Below, one piece after another: positions 45,667-55,411 of a stretch of DNA of 64,000 nt. The stretch spans positions 4,451 through 68,450 of the forward strand of contig JAZNZB010000020.1 of NCBI GenBank assembly GCA_045594705.1, written 5' to 3'. The position numbers and the translations under genes were made by a program. The DNA is from Eubacteriales bacterium. Its GTDB lineage: Bacteria; Bacillota; Clostridia; Oscillospirales; CAG-272. Position 1 is the stretch's first letter. Every line of letters begins with the position of its first letter. Below the pieces are notes generated by a model that worked only from the letters and a program-made list of their open reading frames with translations, had not been told where the DNA came from and made no database searches.

Positions 45667-47963
45667 TATGCCTCAACCTCGCCGGTCATTTCCTTTTCTG
45701 TTGCCTCTCTTGTGTATCCGCAGGCCTTATCGTGGCAAACGATGAGCGCCTTGCCCTTCTTGCGGAACAGCGTGCCGCCGCAGCTCGGGCACTTCTCTGC
45801 TACGGGCATATCCCAGGACGAAAAATCACAAGTGGGATACTTCTCACAGCTGTAGAACACGGTCTTATTTCTGCCGTATTTCATGACCACCTTGCTTGCA
45901 CACTTGGGACAAGGAACACCAATATCCTTGGTTCTGGGCTTGGTGAATGCACAGGTGGGATAGTTTGCACATGCGTAGAAGCTGCCGTATCTGCCCGAGC
46001 GCAGCACCATATCGCCGCCGCACTTCTCGCACTTGAAATCGGCCACCACGACCTTCTTCTCGCTCTGTTCGCCCTCTGCCTTTTCGGTAGACTTGCCCCC
46101 GTTGAGCGGCTTGGTATTCTTACAGGTGGGATAGTTGGGGCAAGCGGCAAACTTGCCAAATCGACCGTTCTTGACGATCATGGTCGCCCCGCACTTGTCG
46201 CAGATGATATCGGTCTTTTCCACGGGCAGCTCGTAGCTTGTATCCGCAAGTGCCTTTTCTGCACTTTCCAGCTGACCCGAAAAATCCTTCCAGAACTTTT
46301 CAAGCACGCTGTTCATCTCGGTGCTTCCCTTTTCGATCGAGTCGAGATCACTTTCCATGCGAGCGGTAAAGCGGTAGTCCACGATCGAGTGGAAATTGTC
46401 CTCCATGAGCTTGGTCGTCACCTCACCGTAAGCGGTGGGAAGCAGAGACTTACCATCACGGGACACATAATTTTTTGAAATATTTGCAATGATGGTCGGA
46501 TAGGTGGAGGGGCGTCCGATGCCCATTTCCTCCAGGTTCTTGACCAGCGTTGCCTCGGTATAGCGAGCAGGGGGCTCGGTGAAATGGCACGCGGGAACGA
46601 CCTCGTCGCTGCTCCACGCCTGCCCCTTCTGCATATCGGGCAGACGGATGTCGCTCATCTGATCGGGGTCATTTTCGTCCGCCTTTTCGTCGGTAGCCTC
46701 CTCGTACATGACCATATAGCCGGGGAATGTCACGGTATAGCCGCCCGTGCGGAAGATATAGCCCTGGCAGGTAAAGTCCACGCTCAGAGTTGCCAGCTCT
46801 GCGGACTGCATCTGGCTTGCAACAAATCTTTCCCAGATCAGCTTGTAAAGGCGGTACTGGTCGGGAGTCAGATATTTGCGGATCTTGGCAGGCTCCAGAT
46901 CAACCTTGGTCGGACGGATGGCTTCGTGTGCATCCTGCGCGCCCGCCTTGACCTTGTAGGTTCTGGGGGTTGCGGGACAGTACTGCTCACCGTACTTGCC
47001 TGCGATATATGCCAGTGCTGCGCCCTGTGCCTCCTCGGAGATACGCAAGGAGTCGGTACGCATATAAGAGATCAGACCCTGTGCGCCGCCGTTTTCCGAG
47101 CCGACGTTGATACCCTCGTAAAGCTCCTGCGCCACGCGCATGATTCTCTGAGACTGGAAGCCCAGCTTACGCGAAGCCTCCTGCATCATGGTCGAGGTGG
47201 TAAAGGGCGGTGCGGGTGCCTTATGTCTGGTGGCACGCTTGACGTCTGCAACCGTGAAGATCTTTCCCTGTACGGCATCCACAACCGTCTTTGCCTCTGT
47301 CTGAGAGGTCAGCTTGACCTTGCCGTTTTGGTCACCCCAGAAGCGGGCCAGCACTCCCGCACCCTGCTCGGTATGCAGATGCGCCGCAATGGTCCAGTAT
47401 TCCTCGGGCACAAATGCACGGATCTCGTTTTCTCTTTCCACGATCATCTTGGTCGCAACGCTCTGTACGCGGCCTGCGGAAAGACCGGGCTTCACGTTCT
47501 TCCAGAGTAAGGGGCTGATCTTATAGCCCACGATTCTGTCCACGATGCGGCGCGCTCTTTGCGAATCGACCAGATCCATATCGATTTGTCTGGGCTGCTT
47601 GATGGCTGCCTTGACTGCGGTCTTGGTGACCTCGTTGAAGGTCACACGCTGGGTCTTTTCCACGGGAATGCCCAAAACTGCCGCAAGATGCCAGGAGATG
47701 GCCTCGCCCTCACGGTCAGGGTCGGTTGCAAGAAACACCTTGGATGCATGCTTGGCTTCCTTACGGATCTCCTTGATCAAGTCTCCCTTGCCGCGCACGT
47801 TGATGTAGTGGGCGTCAAAGCCGTTTTCAATATCCACGGCCAGCGTGCTCTTGGGCAGGTCACGCACGTGCCCCTTGGAGGCAATGACCTTATAGTTAGA
47901 ACCAAGGTAGCCCTTGATGGTTGTTGCTTTGGAGGGTGACTCCACAATTACCAGATTTGCCAT
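45666..47963 (-). CDS. topA: DNA topoisomerase I
   Basis: 765 aa. Toprim N-terminus LVIVESPSKA, catalytic-Tyr region, and three or four C-terminal CxxC zinc ribbons. Confidence 0.95.
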   Translation of the reverse strand: MANLVIVESPSKATTIKGYLGSNYKVIASKGHVRDLPKSTLAVDIENGFDAHYINVRGKGDLIKEIRKEAKHASKVFLATDPDREGEAISWHLAAVLGIPVEKTQRVTFNEVTKTAVKAAIKQPRQIDMDLVDSQRARRIVDRIVGYKISPLLWKNVKPGLSAGRVQSVATKMIVERENEIRAFVPEEYWTIAAHLHTEQGAGVLARFWGDQNGKVKLTSQTEAKTVVDAVQGKIFTVADVKRATRHKAPAPPFTTSTMMQEASRKLGFQSQRIMRVAQELYEGINVGSENGGAQGLISYMRTDSLRISEEAQGAALAYIAGKYGEQYCPATPRTYKVKAGAQDAHEAIRPTKVDLEPAKIRKYLTPDQYRLYKLIWERFVASQMQSAELATLSVDFTCQGYIFRTGGYTVTFPGYMVMYEEATDEKADENDPDQMSDIRLPDMQKGQAWSSDEVVPACHFTEPPARYTEATLVKNLEEMGIGRPSTYPTIIANISKNYVSRDGKSLLPTAYGEVTTKLMEDNFHSIVDYRFTARMESDLDSIEKGSTEMNSVLEKFWKDFSGQLESAEKALADTSYELPVEKTDIICDKCGATMIVKNGRFGKFAACPNYPTCKNTKPLNGGKSTEKAEGEQSEKKVVVADFKCEKCGGDMVLRSGRYGSFYACANYPTCAFTKPRTKDIGVPCPKCASKVVMKYGRNKTVFYSCEKYPTCDFSSWDMPVAEKCPSCGGTLFRKKGKALIVCHDKACGYTREATEKEMTGEVEA

Positions 47964-48014
47964 AAAACTATCTATTTTCCTTTCCGTAAACGGTATATTA
48001 TTTTCGAAGTGAGA

Positions 48015-49322
48015 TTATTTGCGCACGTAAAGTCCGCCGGGCAGAGACTGCAGAAGACCCTTGATCTCAAACATGGTCAGCGCGGTCATGACCTCGTGCG
48101 TGGGGTATCCGCAGCGTACCAGCCAATCGGCCGAGATCGCCTTATCCAGCGGAATTTGCGCGAACATGTCGCGCTGCTTTTGAGAAAACGCCTCCAGAGC
48201 CTTGGCGGAATCGTCCTGCCTTACTTGCGGCTCGGGCGCATTCTGCCCGGTTTCGGATTTGGGTTCGGGTTTGGGTTCGGGTTTGGTTACCTTTTTCTCT
48301 CGCACCTGCTCATCTCGCACCTGCTTGACGCTCTTGGCGGGTACTCCGACGGCGGGCAAGCCGACGCCATACCGCGCAAAGACTGCGGGATCGGGATCGG
48401 AACGCTCCTGCGCACGCATCAATCTTGCGCTGTCCACGCTGTCGCGATACAGGAACGCGTAATTCTGGAGCACGTCACGCGCACCCAGTACAACGGCTGC
48501 ACCGTCACGGATGAGCTGATTGGTGCCCGAGGTGTTGGGATCACCTACGTTGCCGGGAACGGCGTAAATATCCTTTCCCTGCGCAATGGCTTCCCTTGCG
48601 GTGATCAGAGCACCGCTGCCAAGATCGGCTTCAACCACCACAGTCCCCGCGCCAAGGCCGCTGATAATACGGTTGCGCAGCGGAAAATGGTAGCCTCTTG
48701 GCGGAGTGGAGGGCGGGAATTCGGTGATGACCAGGCCACGCTCCGCAATTGCGTGCATCAGCCTGTCATGCTGACGGGGATACGGCACGTCAATACCGCA
48801 GCCCAATACCGCAACGGTACATCCCTTGGCCGAAAGTGCACCCACGGCACACGCTGCGTCCACACCGAGTGCCATACCGCTGACGATCACAACGCCCGTG
48901 CTTGCCAGCTCATAGGCTATTCTATACGCCATTTCCTTGCCATATTCACTCATATTGCGCGTGCCCACCATGCTGATGAACAGCTGCTTTTCAAAATCGG
49001 GCAGCTTGCCCTTATAATACAGCACACACGGCGGTGCCTTGATGGCACGCAACGTAGAGGGATAGGAGGAATCGGCATAGCACAGAATCCCCACACCGCT
49101 CTTCTGACAAAACTCCAAAATGCCGTACGCCTCGTCCAAGGACTTATTGCACAGCCTTCCCTTGAAGCTGTCGCTGATGTCCAGCGTGTCGATCTCGCTG
49201 TCCTCTGCTCTGAAAAGCGCATACGCGGAGCCGAACTGCTCAAGCAGCGACACGTATTCGGAATTGGCAATACCGGCGCAAAGCGACAGCCACACCGAGA
49301 ATAATGTTTCGTCTCTGTTCAT
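48015..49322 (-). CDS. dprA: DNA processing protein DprA, with a low-complexity Lys/Pro/Glu insert
   Basis: Start at the ATG at 49322 (AGGAG 8 nt upstream). Rossmann-like core ...VIVSGMALGVDAAC... and a C-terminal winged-helix-like domain. KPEPKPEPK insert before the C-terminal domain. Confidence 0.85.
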   Translation of the reverse strand: MNRDETLFSVWLSLCAGIANSEYVSLLEQFGSAYALFRAEDSEIDTLDISDSFKGRLCNKSLDEAYGILEFCQKSGVGILCYADSSYPSTLRAIKAPPCVLYYKGKLPDFEKQLFISMVGTRNMSEYGKEMAYRIAYELASTGVVIVSGMALGVDAACAVGALSAKGCTVAVLGCGIDVPYPRQHDRLMHAIAERGLVITEFPPSTPPRGYHFPLRNRIISGLGAGTVVVEADLGSGALITAREAIAQGKDIYAVPGNVGDPNTSGTNQLIRDGAAVVLGARDVLQNYAFLYRDSVDSARLMRAQERSDPDPAVFARYGVGLPAVGVPAKSVKQVRDEQVREKKVTKPEPKPEPKSETGQNAPEPQVRQDDSAKALEAFSQKQRDMFAQIPLDKAISADWLVRCGYPTHEVMTALTMFEIKGLLQSLPGGLYVRK

Positions 49323-49347
49323 ACAATCGACTCCTTTCATTTTCTGA

Positions 49348-50202
49348 TCAATTGCCTCTTGTCATTTCCCACATCAGCACAGAGGCTGCGACCGATGCGT
49401 TGAGAGATTCGGCATTTCCTGCCATGGGGATATAGACCTTTTCACAGCACGCCTGCAGCATAAGGGAAGAAAGACCGTGTCCCTCATTGCCGATCACGAC
49501 ACAATCCGTGCGATCAAAGGCAAAGCTTCCAAGCTGCTTTGCATGCTCATCCAGAGCTGCCGCATATACGCGTCTGCCCTTGCTTTGCAGAATTTCAACC
49601 GCCGCGGGCAGGTCGTCCACGCGCAGAATCCTCTGAGAGAACAGCGTACCCATCGCGCCACGCAGCGTTTTGGGATTATACAGATCAGCACAGTCACCGC
49701 TCAAGATCAACCACTCAATCCCAAAGGCAAATGCGGTACGCACCACCGTGCCCACGTTGCCCGGGTCCCTGAGCGACTCGCACAGTAAAATCCTGCCGCT
49801 CTCGGGAGAAGCCAGCTGCAAAAGATCCTCCCTGCTACTATTTATTGTAGCGATTTTATGAAATTTGTCAATATACTTTGCTACACATATGATGCCCTCG
49901 GGTGCATTTTCGTCCGAAATTTTGAGAAAAAGATCGTGCGAAAGCGTCAAAATCCGGGCGTTTGCAGCGTCAAGCCCAAAGCCGTACAACGCCTTGGCCT
50001 TGCTATCCACCGCCTCGGTAAGCGTCACATCCAGCAAAATAAACGCTATCTCCACGCCTCGCAAAATAGCCTCGCAGTATAGCTTGACACCGTCAAAACG
50101 CAGTAATTTTTCGCTCTCGCGGTGCTTTTTTTCCTGTAGCTTAGCTGCCAGAGTGACGTATCTGTTTTGTCTGGACGTGATGATCATGGGGGTCTGATCC
50201 AT
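49348..50202 (-). CDS. TrmH/SpoU family RNA 2'-O-methyltransferase
   Basis: Start refined to MDQTPMIITSRQN (GGAGG 8 nt upstream). C-terminal SPOUT motifs LVIGNEGHGLS and ESLNASVAASVLMWE. Confidence 0.85.
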   Translation of the reverse strand: MDQTPMIITSRQNRYVTLAAKLQEKKHRESEKLLRFDGVKLYCEAILRGVEIAFILLDVTLTEAVDSKAKALYGFGLDAANARILTLSHDLFLKISDENAPEGIICVAKYIDKFHKIATINSSREDLLQLASPESGRILLCESLRDPGNVGTVVRTAFAFGIEWLILSGDCADLYNPKTLRGAMGTLFSQRILRVDDLPAAVEILQSKGRRVYAAALDEHAKQLGSFAFDRTDCVVIGNEGHGLSSLMLQACCEKVYIPMAGNAESLNASVAASVLMWEMTRGN

Positions 50203-50242
50203 CAAAAAAACCTCCGTTTTCAAGTGTTTTTTCCACACCATT

Positions 50243-50283
50243 AAATGCAACAGGGGATGCCTGCGTCACGCGCGGGCATCCCC
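50243..50283 (-). terminator. Terminator candidate after rplT
   Basis: GGGGATGCC-13 nt-GGCATCCCC, a 9-bp stem at 50253..50283 with a weak T-rich tail. Confidence 0.5.
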
Positions 50284-50292
50284 AATATGCAA

Positions 50293-50646
50293 TTACAGAG
50301 CAGCCTTAGCCTGCTCGCACAGAGCGGTGAATGCAGCGGGATCGCTGATTGCGATCTCAGACAGCATCTTTCTGTTCAGGGTTACGTTAGCCTTCTTCAG
50401 ACCGTTCATGAAGGTGGAGTAGTTCATGCCGTTTGCCTTGCAAGCTGCGGAAATTCTGGTGATCCACAGACGACGGAAGTCTCTCTTCTTCATCTTTCTG
50501 CCGGCGAATGCGTAGTTGCCGGACTTCATGACTGCTTGCTTAGCCATCTTGAAGTGCTTGGATTTTGCACCCCAGTAGCCCTTTGCAGCCTTCAGAATTT
50601 TATTTCTTCTCTTACGCGCCATCATCGCGCCCTTAACTCTTGCCAT
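50293..50646 (-). CDS. rplT: 50S ribosomal protein L20
   Basis: [19 protein letters not shown]... is the canonical L20 N-terminus. Confidence 0.95.
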   Translation of the reverse strand: MARVKGAMMARKRRNKILKAAKGYWGAKSKHFKMAKQAVMKSGNYAFAGRKMKKRDFRRLWITRISAACKANGMNYSTFMNGLKKANVTLNRKMLSEIAISDPAAFTALCEQAKAAL

Positions 50647-50678
50647 TTTCTTATCCTCCTTCTGCTAATTTCTTCCGA

Positions 50679-50876
50679 TTACTTCTGAATCAGTTCTCTG
50701 ATGTTTGCAGCGACCTTTGCGCTTGCGATGGTTGCACCGGTGCGCAGATGTCTCTTTCTCTTCTGATCCTTGATGCCAAGCTTGTGGCGGTGGTGGCTGT
50801 GGTTCATCTTAACCTTGCCGGTTCCGGTAACGGAAAATCTCTTAGCCGAAGCCTTATGTGTCTTAACCTTTCCCAT
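50679..50876 (-). CDS. rpmI: 50S ribosomal protein L35
   Basis: Start refined to [14 protein letters not shown] (GGAG upstream). 65 aa. Confidence 0.9.
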   Translation of the reverse strand: MGKVKTHKASAKRFSVTGTGKVKMNHSHHRHKLGIKDQKRKRHLRTGATIASAKVAANIRELIQK

Positions 50877-50984
50877 TTTACTTTTTCTCCTTTTCAATTT
50901 TGATTGGCGTGCCTTTGGCACTATCATTTTTCCCTCGGGGCGCAATGGAAAGGGCGCACCTTCGGGCTAATAAAATGAACAATG

Positions 50985-51509
50985 TTATTTTTTCTTTACG
51001 GGGGAGATCACAACGCTGAGCAGCTTACCGTTGAGTACGGGCTTCTTGTCTGTCGTACCAAGGTCCGCTACGTCCGCAATAAATCTGTCGATCATGTCCT
51101 TACCCAGCTGCTGGTGGCTCATCTCACGGCCGTGGAACACCAGAACGACCTTGACCTTGTTGCCCTGCTCGAGGAACTTGCGGCCACGCTTCATTTTGGT
51201 TTCGTAGTCGTGGGTGTCAATGCGGCAGGAAAGCTGAATCTCCTTGATCTCAATCACCTGCTGCTTTTTCTTGGCTTCCTTTTCGCGCTTATCCTTTTCA
51301 AAGCGATACTTGCCGTAGTCCATGATCTTGCAAACGGGGGGATTTGCATCGGGAGACATCATCACAAGGTCCAAAGACTTGTCGTAAGCCATCTGAAGTG
51401 CCGCTTCAGAGCTCATGATACCGAGCATTGCGCCGTCAGTGCCGATCACGCGGATCTGCGCACAGTTGATCTCTTCATTAATAAGCGTGTCTTTTTGATT
51501 GGTAGCGAT
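50985..51509 (-). CDS. infC: Translation initiation factor IF-3, probable non-AUG (ATC) start
   Basis: The in-frame extension upstream of the track ORF reads IATNQKDTLINEEINCAQIRVIGTDGAMLG, the conserved IF-3 N-terminus. ATC at 51509 lies 9 nt after GGAGG. infC is known to use AUU/AUC/AUA starts. Confidence 0.8.
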   Translation of the reverse strand: MATNQKDTLINEEINCAQIRVIGTDGAMLGIMSSEAALQMAYDKSLDLVMMSPDANPPVCKIMDYGKYRFEKDKREKEAKKKQQVIEIKEIQLSCRIDTHDYETKMKRGRKFLEQGNKVKVVLVFHGREMSHQQLGKDMIDRFIADVADLGTTDKKPVLNGKLLSVVISPVKKK

Positions 51510-51660
51510 GGGTATGCACCTCCGAAAAATAAAAATCGTACAGAAGCATTCTGCCCCCGTACGCCCACTGCACCGACCTTTGCCGACACAAGAAAAGAGA
51601 ATATCAACCCATGCGCGCTCACGGCGGCAGGGTGGAAACCGAGGGGCTTCACTTCATTTA
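51510..51660 (-). promoter_or_regulatory. ~150-nt GC-rich 5' leader of infC-rpmI-rplT (candidate L20-type autoregulatory leader)
   Basis: Lies between the consensus promoter and the infC RBS. L20-binding leaders are known upstream of infC in Firmicutes. The structure was not verified here. Confidence 0.35.
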
Positions 51661-51667
51661 CCGTGCT

Positions 51668-51696
51668 ATTTTACCACAAGCAAACAGATTTGTCAA
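51668..51696 (-). promoter_or_regulatory. Sigma-A promoter of the infC-rpmI-rplT operon
   Basis: On the minus strand: TTGACA, 17 nt, TGgTAAAAT. Confidence 0.7.
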
Positions 51697-51968
51697 TAGC
51701 TTTTCGAAAAAATTTTCTTTGTTTTACGTTTGTTTTTCACAGGCATTTTTTTCGGATCATTCGCGCCGTTTTGCCCGGGCAGACATACTCCCCGCAATGC
51801 GCAGGTGCGCTCAATGCGCTTGCTCGGAGCGCCACGCGGAACAAGCGTTCGGTACGACATGCATGTCTATCGGGAAAATAGCCAAAATGCTTTTGAAAAA
51901 ACATAACGATTTTCTCACCCGTAGTGCTTTTCACGAAATATCTCGTCAAAAATCGTCAACTTTGCTAA

Positions 51969-51997
51969 TTTACAAATCGTGCTTGATGCGGTATAAT
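51969..51997 (+). promoter_or_regulatory. Orphan sigma-A-type promoter
   Basis: TTTACA, 17 nt, TATAAT. No ORF with an RBS lies downstream before the terminator at 52145..52182. Confidence 0.55.
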
Positions 51998-52003
51998 AAT
52001 CTT

Positions 52004-52182
52004 GCTCGACGGAAGCGGATGTTCCGTCGCAAAAGTACAGCTCAAGTCGGACTTTGTGGAATATCAATCTCATGGTATCAAGCGTGCAAAGACGCCAAAC
52101 GTTGTACCTGCTCCGTTCACACAGGACGTTTTTCGTGGACGGATACGGAAGCGGGATCGGTTTATGCCGATTCCGTTTTTTT
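52004..52182 (+). ncRNA. Candidate ~180-nt small RNA or attenuated leader, bounded by a promoter and an intrinsic terminator
   Basis: The 5' hairpin is CGACGGAA-gcggatg-TTCCGTCG (52008..52030). The 3' terminator is ACGGA/ATCGG...CCGAT/TCCGT plus T7 (52145..52182). No class was recognised. Confidence 0.35.
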
Positions 52183-52255
52183 GCGCATTTTTTTGAAAAT
52201 ATTATATTATAATTGTAAATAAACCTTGAAAGGTATGGCATTTTTTACGCTGCTG

Positions 52256-52264
52256 TGTTATAAT
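52256..52264 (+). promoter_or_regulatory. Extended -10 element upstream of lon
   Basis: TGtTATAAT about 80 nt upstream of the lon ATG. The -35 box is poor. Confidence 0.4.
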
Positions 52265-52343
52265 GCTAAATTGATATAGTGTTATCCGTTCTTTTGAATT
52301 GTAAATATATCGCAATCCCCTGTTACGAAAGGAATTTTTATTT

Positions 52344-54797
52344 ATGTCAGGATATATCGAAAAGGCCGAGACGCTGACCATGCCCGTCATTGCCTTACGC
52401 GGCATTGTCGCCTTTCCCGGCGCAACCTTGAATTTTGACGTAGCCGACGACAGCTTCGGCTCGGCAGAAGCGGCAAGACTTGCCGCACAAGGCTCTCTCC
52501 CCGTGCTTTTGGTCTCTTTGCGCAATCCCGCAGAGCCGGACAGCGGCGAGCCCGAGCTCTCCAAGCTGTATCGCGTGGGCACTGTCGCCAAGATCAGACA
52601 AATGGTCAAATCGGGTGACGGACAGAGCCGCGCCATTGCCGTGGGTATGACCCGCGGTATGCTGACTGCCCTGCACCCCGCCGACGGCGTATCCTACGCT
52701 GAGGTCATGTGCAAATCCTACGCACTGCGTGACAACGGCGGTATCCGTGCCGAGGCATACATGCGTCGCGCTTTGGAATCCATGGAGCGCGTGCTGCACC
52801 ATCTTCCCGCATCCGGTCAGGAGCTTTTGCACGCGGCCCGTGCGCAAAAGGATCCCGGTGTGCTGGCCGACATCATCGCATCCAACGTGCTGCTGCGCCC
52901 CGAGGACAAGCAGACCGTGCTGGAATGCTTTGATCCCATGATCCGTATTGAAACCGTGACCATGATGCTGGATCACGAGGCTGAGATCTTAGAATGCGAC
53001 GCCATGATCAACTCCCGCGTGCGCGAGAGGATCGCACGCCATCAAAAGGAATATTACATGCGTGAGCAGATCCGCACCCTGCAGGAGGAGCTTGGCGAGG
53101 GTGACAACGAGATCTGGGAAAACAAAAGACGCATCGCACAGGCGCATCTGCCCGAGGAGGTAGAGAAAAAGCTGCTCAAGGAAAACGATCGCCTGTCGCG
53201 CACTCCCTTCGGCTCGGCCGAGGCGGGCGTGCTGGAGAACTATCTGGACGTTTGCCTTTCCCTGCCCTGGAATAAGAGCACTAAGGACCGCGTCAACATC
53301 GCGGCAGCCAAGAAGATTTTGGACGCAGATCATGACGGTCTGGACAAGGTCAAGGAGCGTATTTTGGAATTCTTGGCTGTCAAGCAGCTCTCTCCCGATC
53401 TGAAAAATCAGATCATTTGCTTAGTCGGCCCTCCCGGTGTGGGCAAGACCTCGATCGCCGCATCGGTCGCCCGCGCCATGAAGCGCAAGTACGTACGCGT
53501 CTCTTTGGGCGGCGTGCGTGACGAGGCCGACATCCGCGGCCACCGCAAGACCTACATCGGCGCGATGCCCGGCAGAATCATCGACGCGGTCTCCCGCGCG
53601 GGTGTGCGCAATCCGCTCATTCTGCTTGACGAGATCGACAAGCTTTCGATCAGCGCGCACGGAGACCCCTCCTCTGCGCTGCTTGAGGTGCTGGATCCCG
53701 AGCAAAACAAATTCTTCCGCGACCACTTTGTGGAGCTGCCCTTCGATCTTTCGGACTGTCTGTTTATCGCAACGGCCAATACGCTGGAGACGGTACCGCG
53801 CCCCTTGATCGACCGCATGGAGATCATTGAGCTCAAAACCTATACCAAAAGCGAAAAGCGCAGCATTGCAAAGAACCATCTGATCGGCAAGCAGCTTAAC
53901 CGCCACGGACTCTCCAAGCGCACGGTCAAAATCACCGATGCAGCCGTGGACGAGCTGATCGAATACTATACCCGTGAGGCGGGCGTGCGTAATCTGGAGC
54001 GCGCCATTGCAGAGCTTGCTCGCAAGGCAGCCAAGAGAATGATCGAGCAGGAATGCAAAAAAATCGTGATCGACGCTGCCGACATCAAGGACTATCTCGG
54101 ACCGCGCAAGCGTCTGCCGGACGCCATAGCCCCCATCGATCAGATCGGCGAGGTCAACGGCCTTGCCTGGACAGAGGTGGGTGGCGATATGCTGCGTGTG
54201 GAGGTCGCCGTGACCGACGGCACGGGAAAGCTCGAGCTGACAGGCTCGCTTGGCGACGTCATGAAGGAAAGTGCCAAGGCCGCACTGACCTGGGTGCGCT
54301 CGGTTGCAGCGGAATACGGGATTCCCACCGATTTCTATACCAAAAAGGATCTTCACATTCACGTACCCGAGGGTGCAGTGCCCAAGGACGGCCCCAGTGC
54401 AGGCGTGACCATGGCAACTGCCATGCTCAGCGCGCTGGCCAATATTCCCGTTAAGAGAACGGTTGCCATGACGGGCGAAATCACGCTGCGCGGCCGCGTG
54501 CTGCCCATTGGCGGGCTTAAAGAAAAATCACTGGCGGCCTATGCCGCAGGTGCGGACACGGTCTGCATTCCCGCGGACAATCTGCGCGATCTTTGGGAGA
54601 TTGATCCCGAGGTCAAGGAGCATGTCAGATTCGTGCCCTGCAGCCGCATTGAGGACGTACTGGCTGTAGCACTGGTGCAGCCCCAAGCAGCAATCACGCT
54701 GTCCGTATCCCCCGAGAAACCCGAAAAGACCGACTATCTTCCCATGACCGAGAGCACGCGCCGCGTGCCCGCTACATCATTCAAAGAGGTTCAATAA
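52344..54797 (+). CDS. lon: ATP-dependent Lon protease
   Basis: 817 aa. LON N-domain, Walker [10 protein letters not shown], catalytic PKDGPSAGV serine. Confidence 0.95.
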   Translation: MSGYIEKAETLTMPVIALRGIVAFPGATLNFDVADDSFGSAEAARLAAQGSLPVLLVSLRNPAEPDSGEPELSKLYRVGTVAKIRQMVKSGDGQSRAIAVGMTRGMLTALHPADGVSYAEVMCKSYALRDNGGIRAEAYMRRALESMERVLHHLPASGQELLHAARAQKDPGVLADIIASNVLLRPEDKQTVLECFDPMIRIETVTMMLDHEAEILECDAMINSRVRERIARHQKEYYMREQIRTLQEELGEGDNEIWENKRRIAQAHLPEEVEKKLLKENDRLSRTPFGSAEAGVLENYLDVCLSLPWNKSTKDRVNIAAAKKILDADHDGLDKVKERILEFLAVKQLSPDLKNQIICLVGPPGVGKTSIAASVARAMKRKYVRVSLGGVRDEADIRGHRKTYIGAMPGRIIDAVSRAGVRNPLILLDEIDKLSISAHGDPSSALLEVLDPEQNKFFRDHFVELPFDLSDCLFIATANTLETVPRPLIDRMEIIELKTYTKSEKRSIAKNHLIGKQLNRHGLSKRTVKITDAAVDELIEYYTREAGVRNLERAIAELARKAAKRMIEQECKKIVIDAADIKDYLGPRKRLPDAIAPIDQIGEVNGLAWTEVGGDMLRVEVAVTDGTGKLELTGSLGDVMKESAKAALTWVRSVAAEYGIPTDFYTKKDLHIHVPEGAVPKDGPSAGVTMATAMLSALANIPVKRTVAMTGEITLRGRVLPIGGLKEKSLAAYAAGADTVCIPADNLRDLWEIDPEVKEHVRFVPCSRIEDVLAVALVQPQAAITLSVSPEKPEKTDYLPMTESTRRVPATSFKEVQ

Positions 54798-55411
54798 TGG
54801 CTTTACAAACACAGAATTCGCAGCTGCAGATCAGCGCGGGACTTGCCAAGCAATTCCCCACCAATCCCATTCCGCAGGTGGCCTTTTCCGGCCGCTCCAA
54901 CGTGGGTAAGAGCTCCTTGCTCAACACGCTGCTGGGCAGAAAATCCTTGGCGCGCGTATCCGGTGCACCCGGCAAGACCATTACTGTCAACTTTTATAAC
55001 GTAGATAAAAAGCTGTTCCTGGTCGACCTGCCCGGCTACGGCTTTGCAGCCCGCAAGCCGGAGGACAAGGCAAAATGGAGCGCGCTGACCGACGGCTATT
55101 TCACCAACACCCCCAACGTTGACCTGCTCTGCCTTGTGCTGCAGCTGGTGGACAGCCGCGTGGGGCTGACTCGCGACGACGAGATGATGGTGGATTTTCT
55201 CAATCAGAGCGAAATCCCCTACGCCATCGTGGCCACCAAGGTGGATAAGCTCAACAAAACCGAGCGCGAAAAAAGCTTTGCCGCGCTGGCCTCTCACCCG
55301 CTGATTGCCGAGGGCACGCCCATCATTCCCTTCTCCGCGCTCAAGGGAGAGGGAAAGAGCGAGGTCTGGAAGGTAATCTGCGCGCACGCGGATCTGCCAA
55401 GTCCCAACTGA
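54797..55411 (+). CDS. engB: Ribosome biogenesis GTP-binding protein EngB/YsxC
   Basis: GRSNVGKSSLLN G1 motif and DLPGYG G3 motif. The ATG overlaps the lon stop (TAATG). lon-ysxC order as in Bacillus. Confidence 0.9.
   Translation: MALQTQNSQLQISAGLAKQFPTNPIPQVAFSGRSNVGKSSLLNTLLGRKSLARVSGAPGKTITVNFYNVDKKLFLVDLPGYGFAARKPEDKAKWSALTDGYFTNTPNVDLLCLVLQLVDSRVGLTRDDEMMVDFLNQSEIPYAIVATKVDKLNKTEREKSFAALASHPLIAEGTPIIPFSALKGEGKSEVWKVICAHADLPSPN

Noticed and set aside
51611-52222. A 203-aa plus-strand ORF, and overlapping minus-strand ORFs, in the infC-lon gap.
   Set aside because: It has no RBS, its composition is biased and non-protein-like, and it is crossed by a promoter and a terminator. I treated it as non-coding.
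51700-52343. Possible replication origin at the strand-polarity switch.
   Set aside because: There is no dnaA, dnaN or rpmH nearby. The best DnaA-box-like string (TTATCCGTT at 52283..52291) matches only 6 of 9 positions and is single. The gap is better explained by divergent promoters.
52200-52343. Heat-shock operators (CIRCE or a CtsR box) in front of lon.
   Set aside because: Neither TTAGCACTC-N9-GAGTGCTAA nor a GGTCAAA direct repeat is present. Only an AATTGTAAATA direct repeat of unknown meaning was seen.
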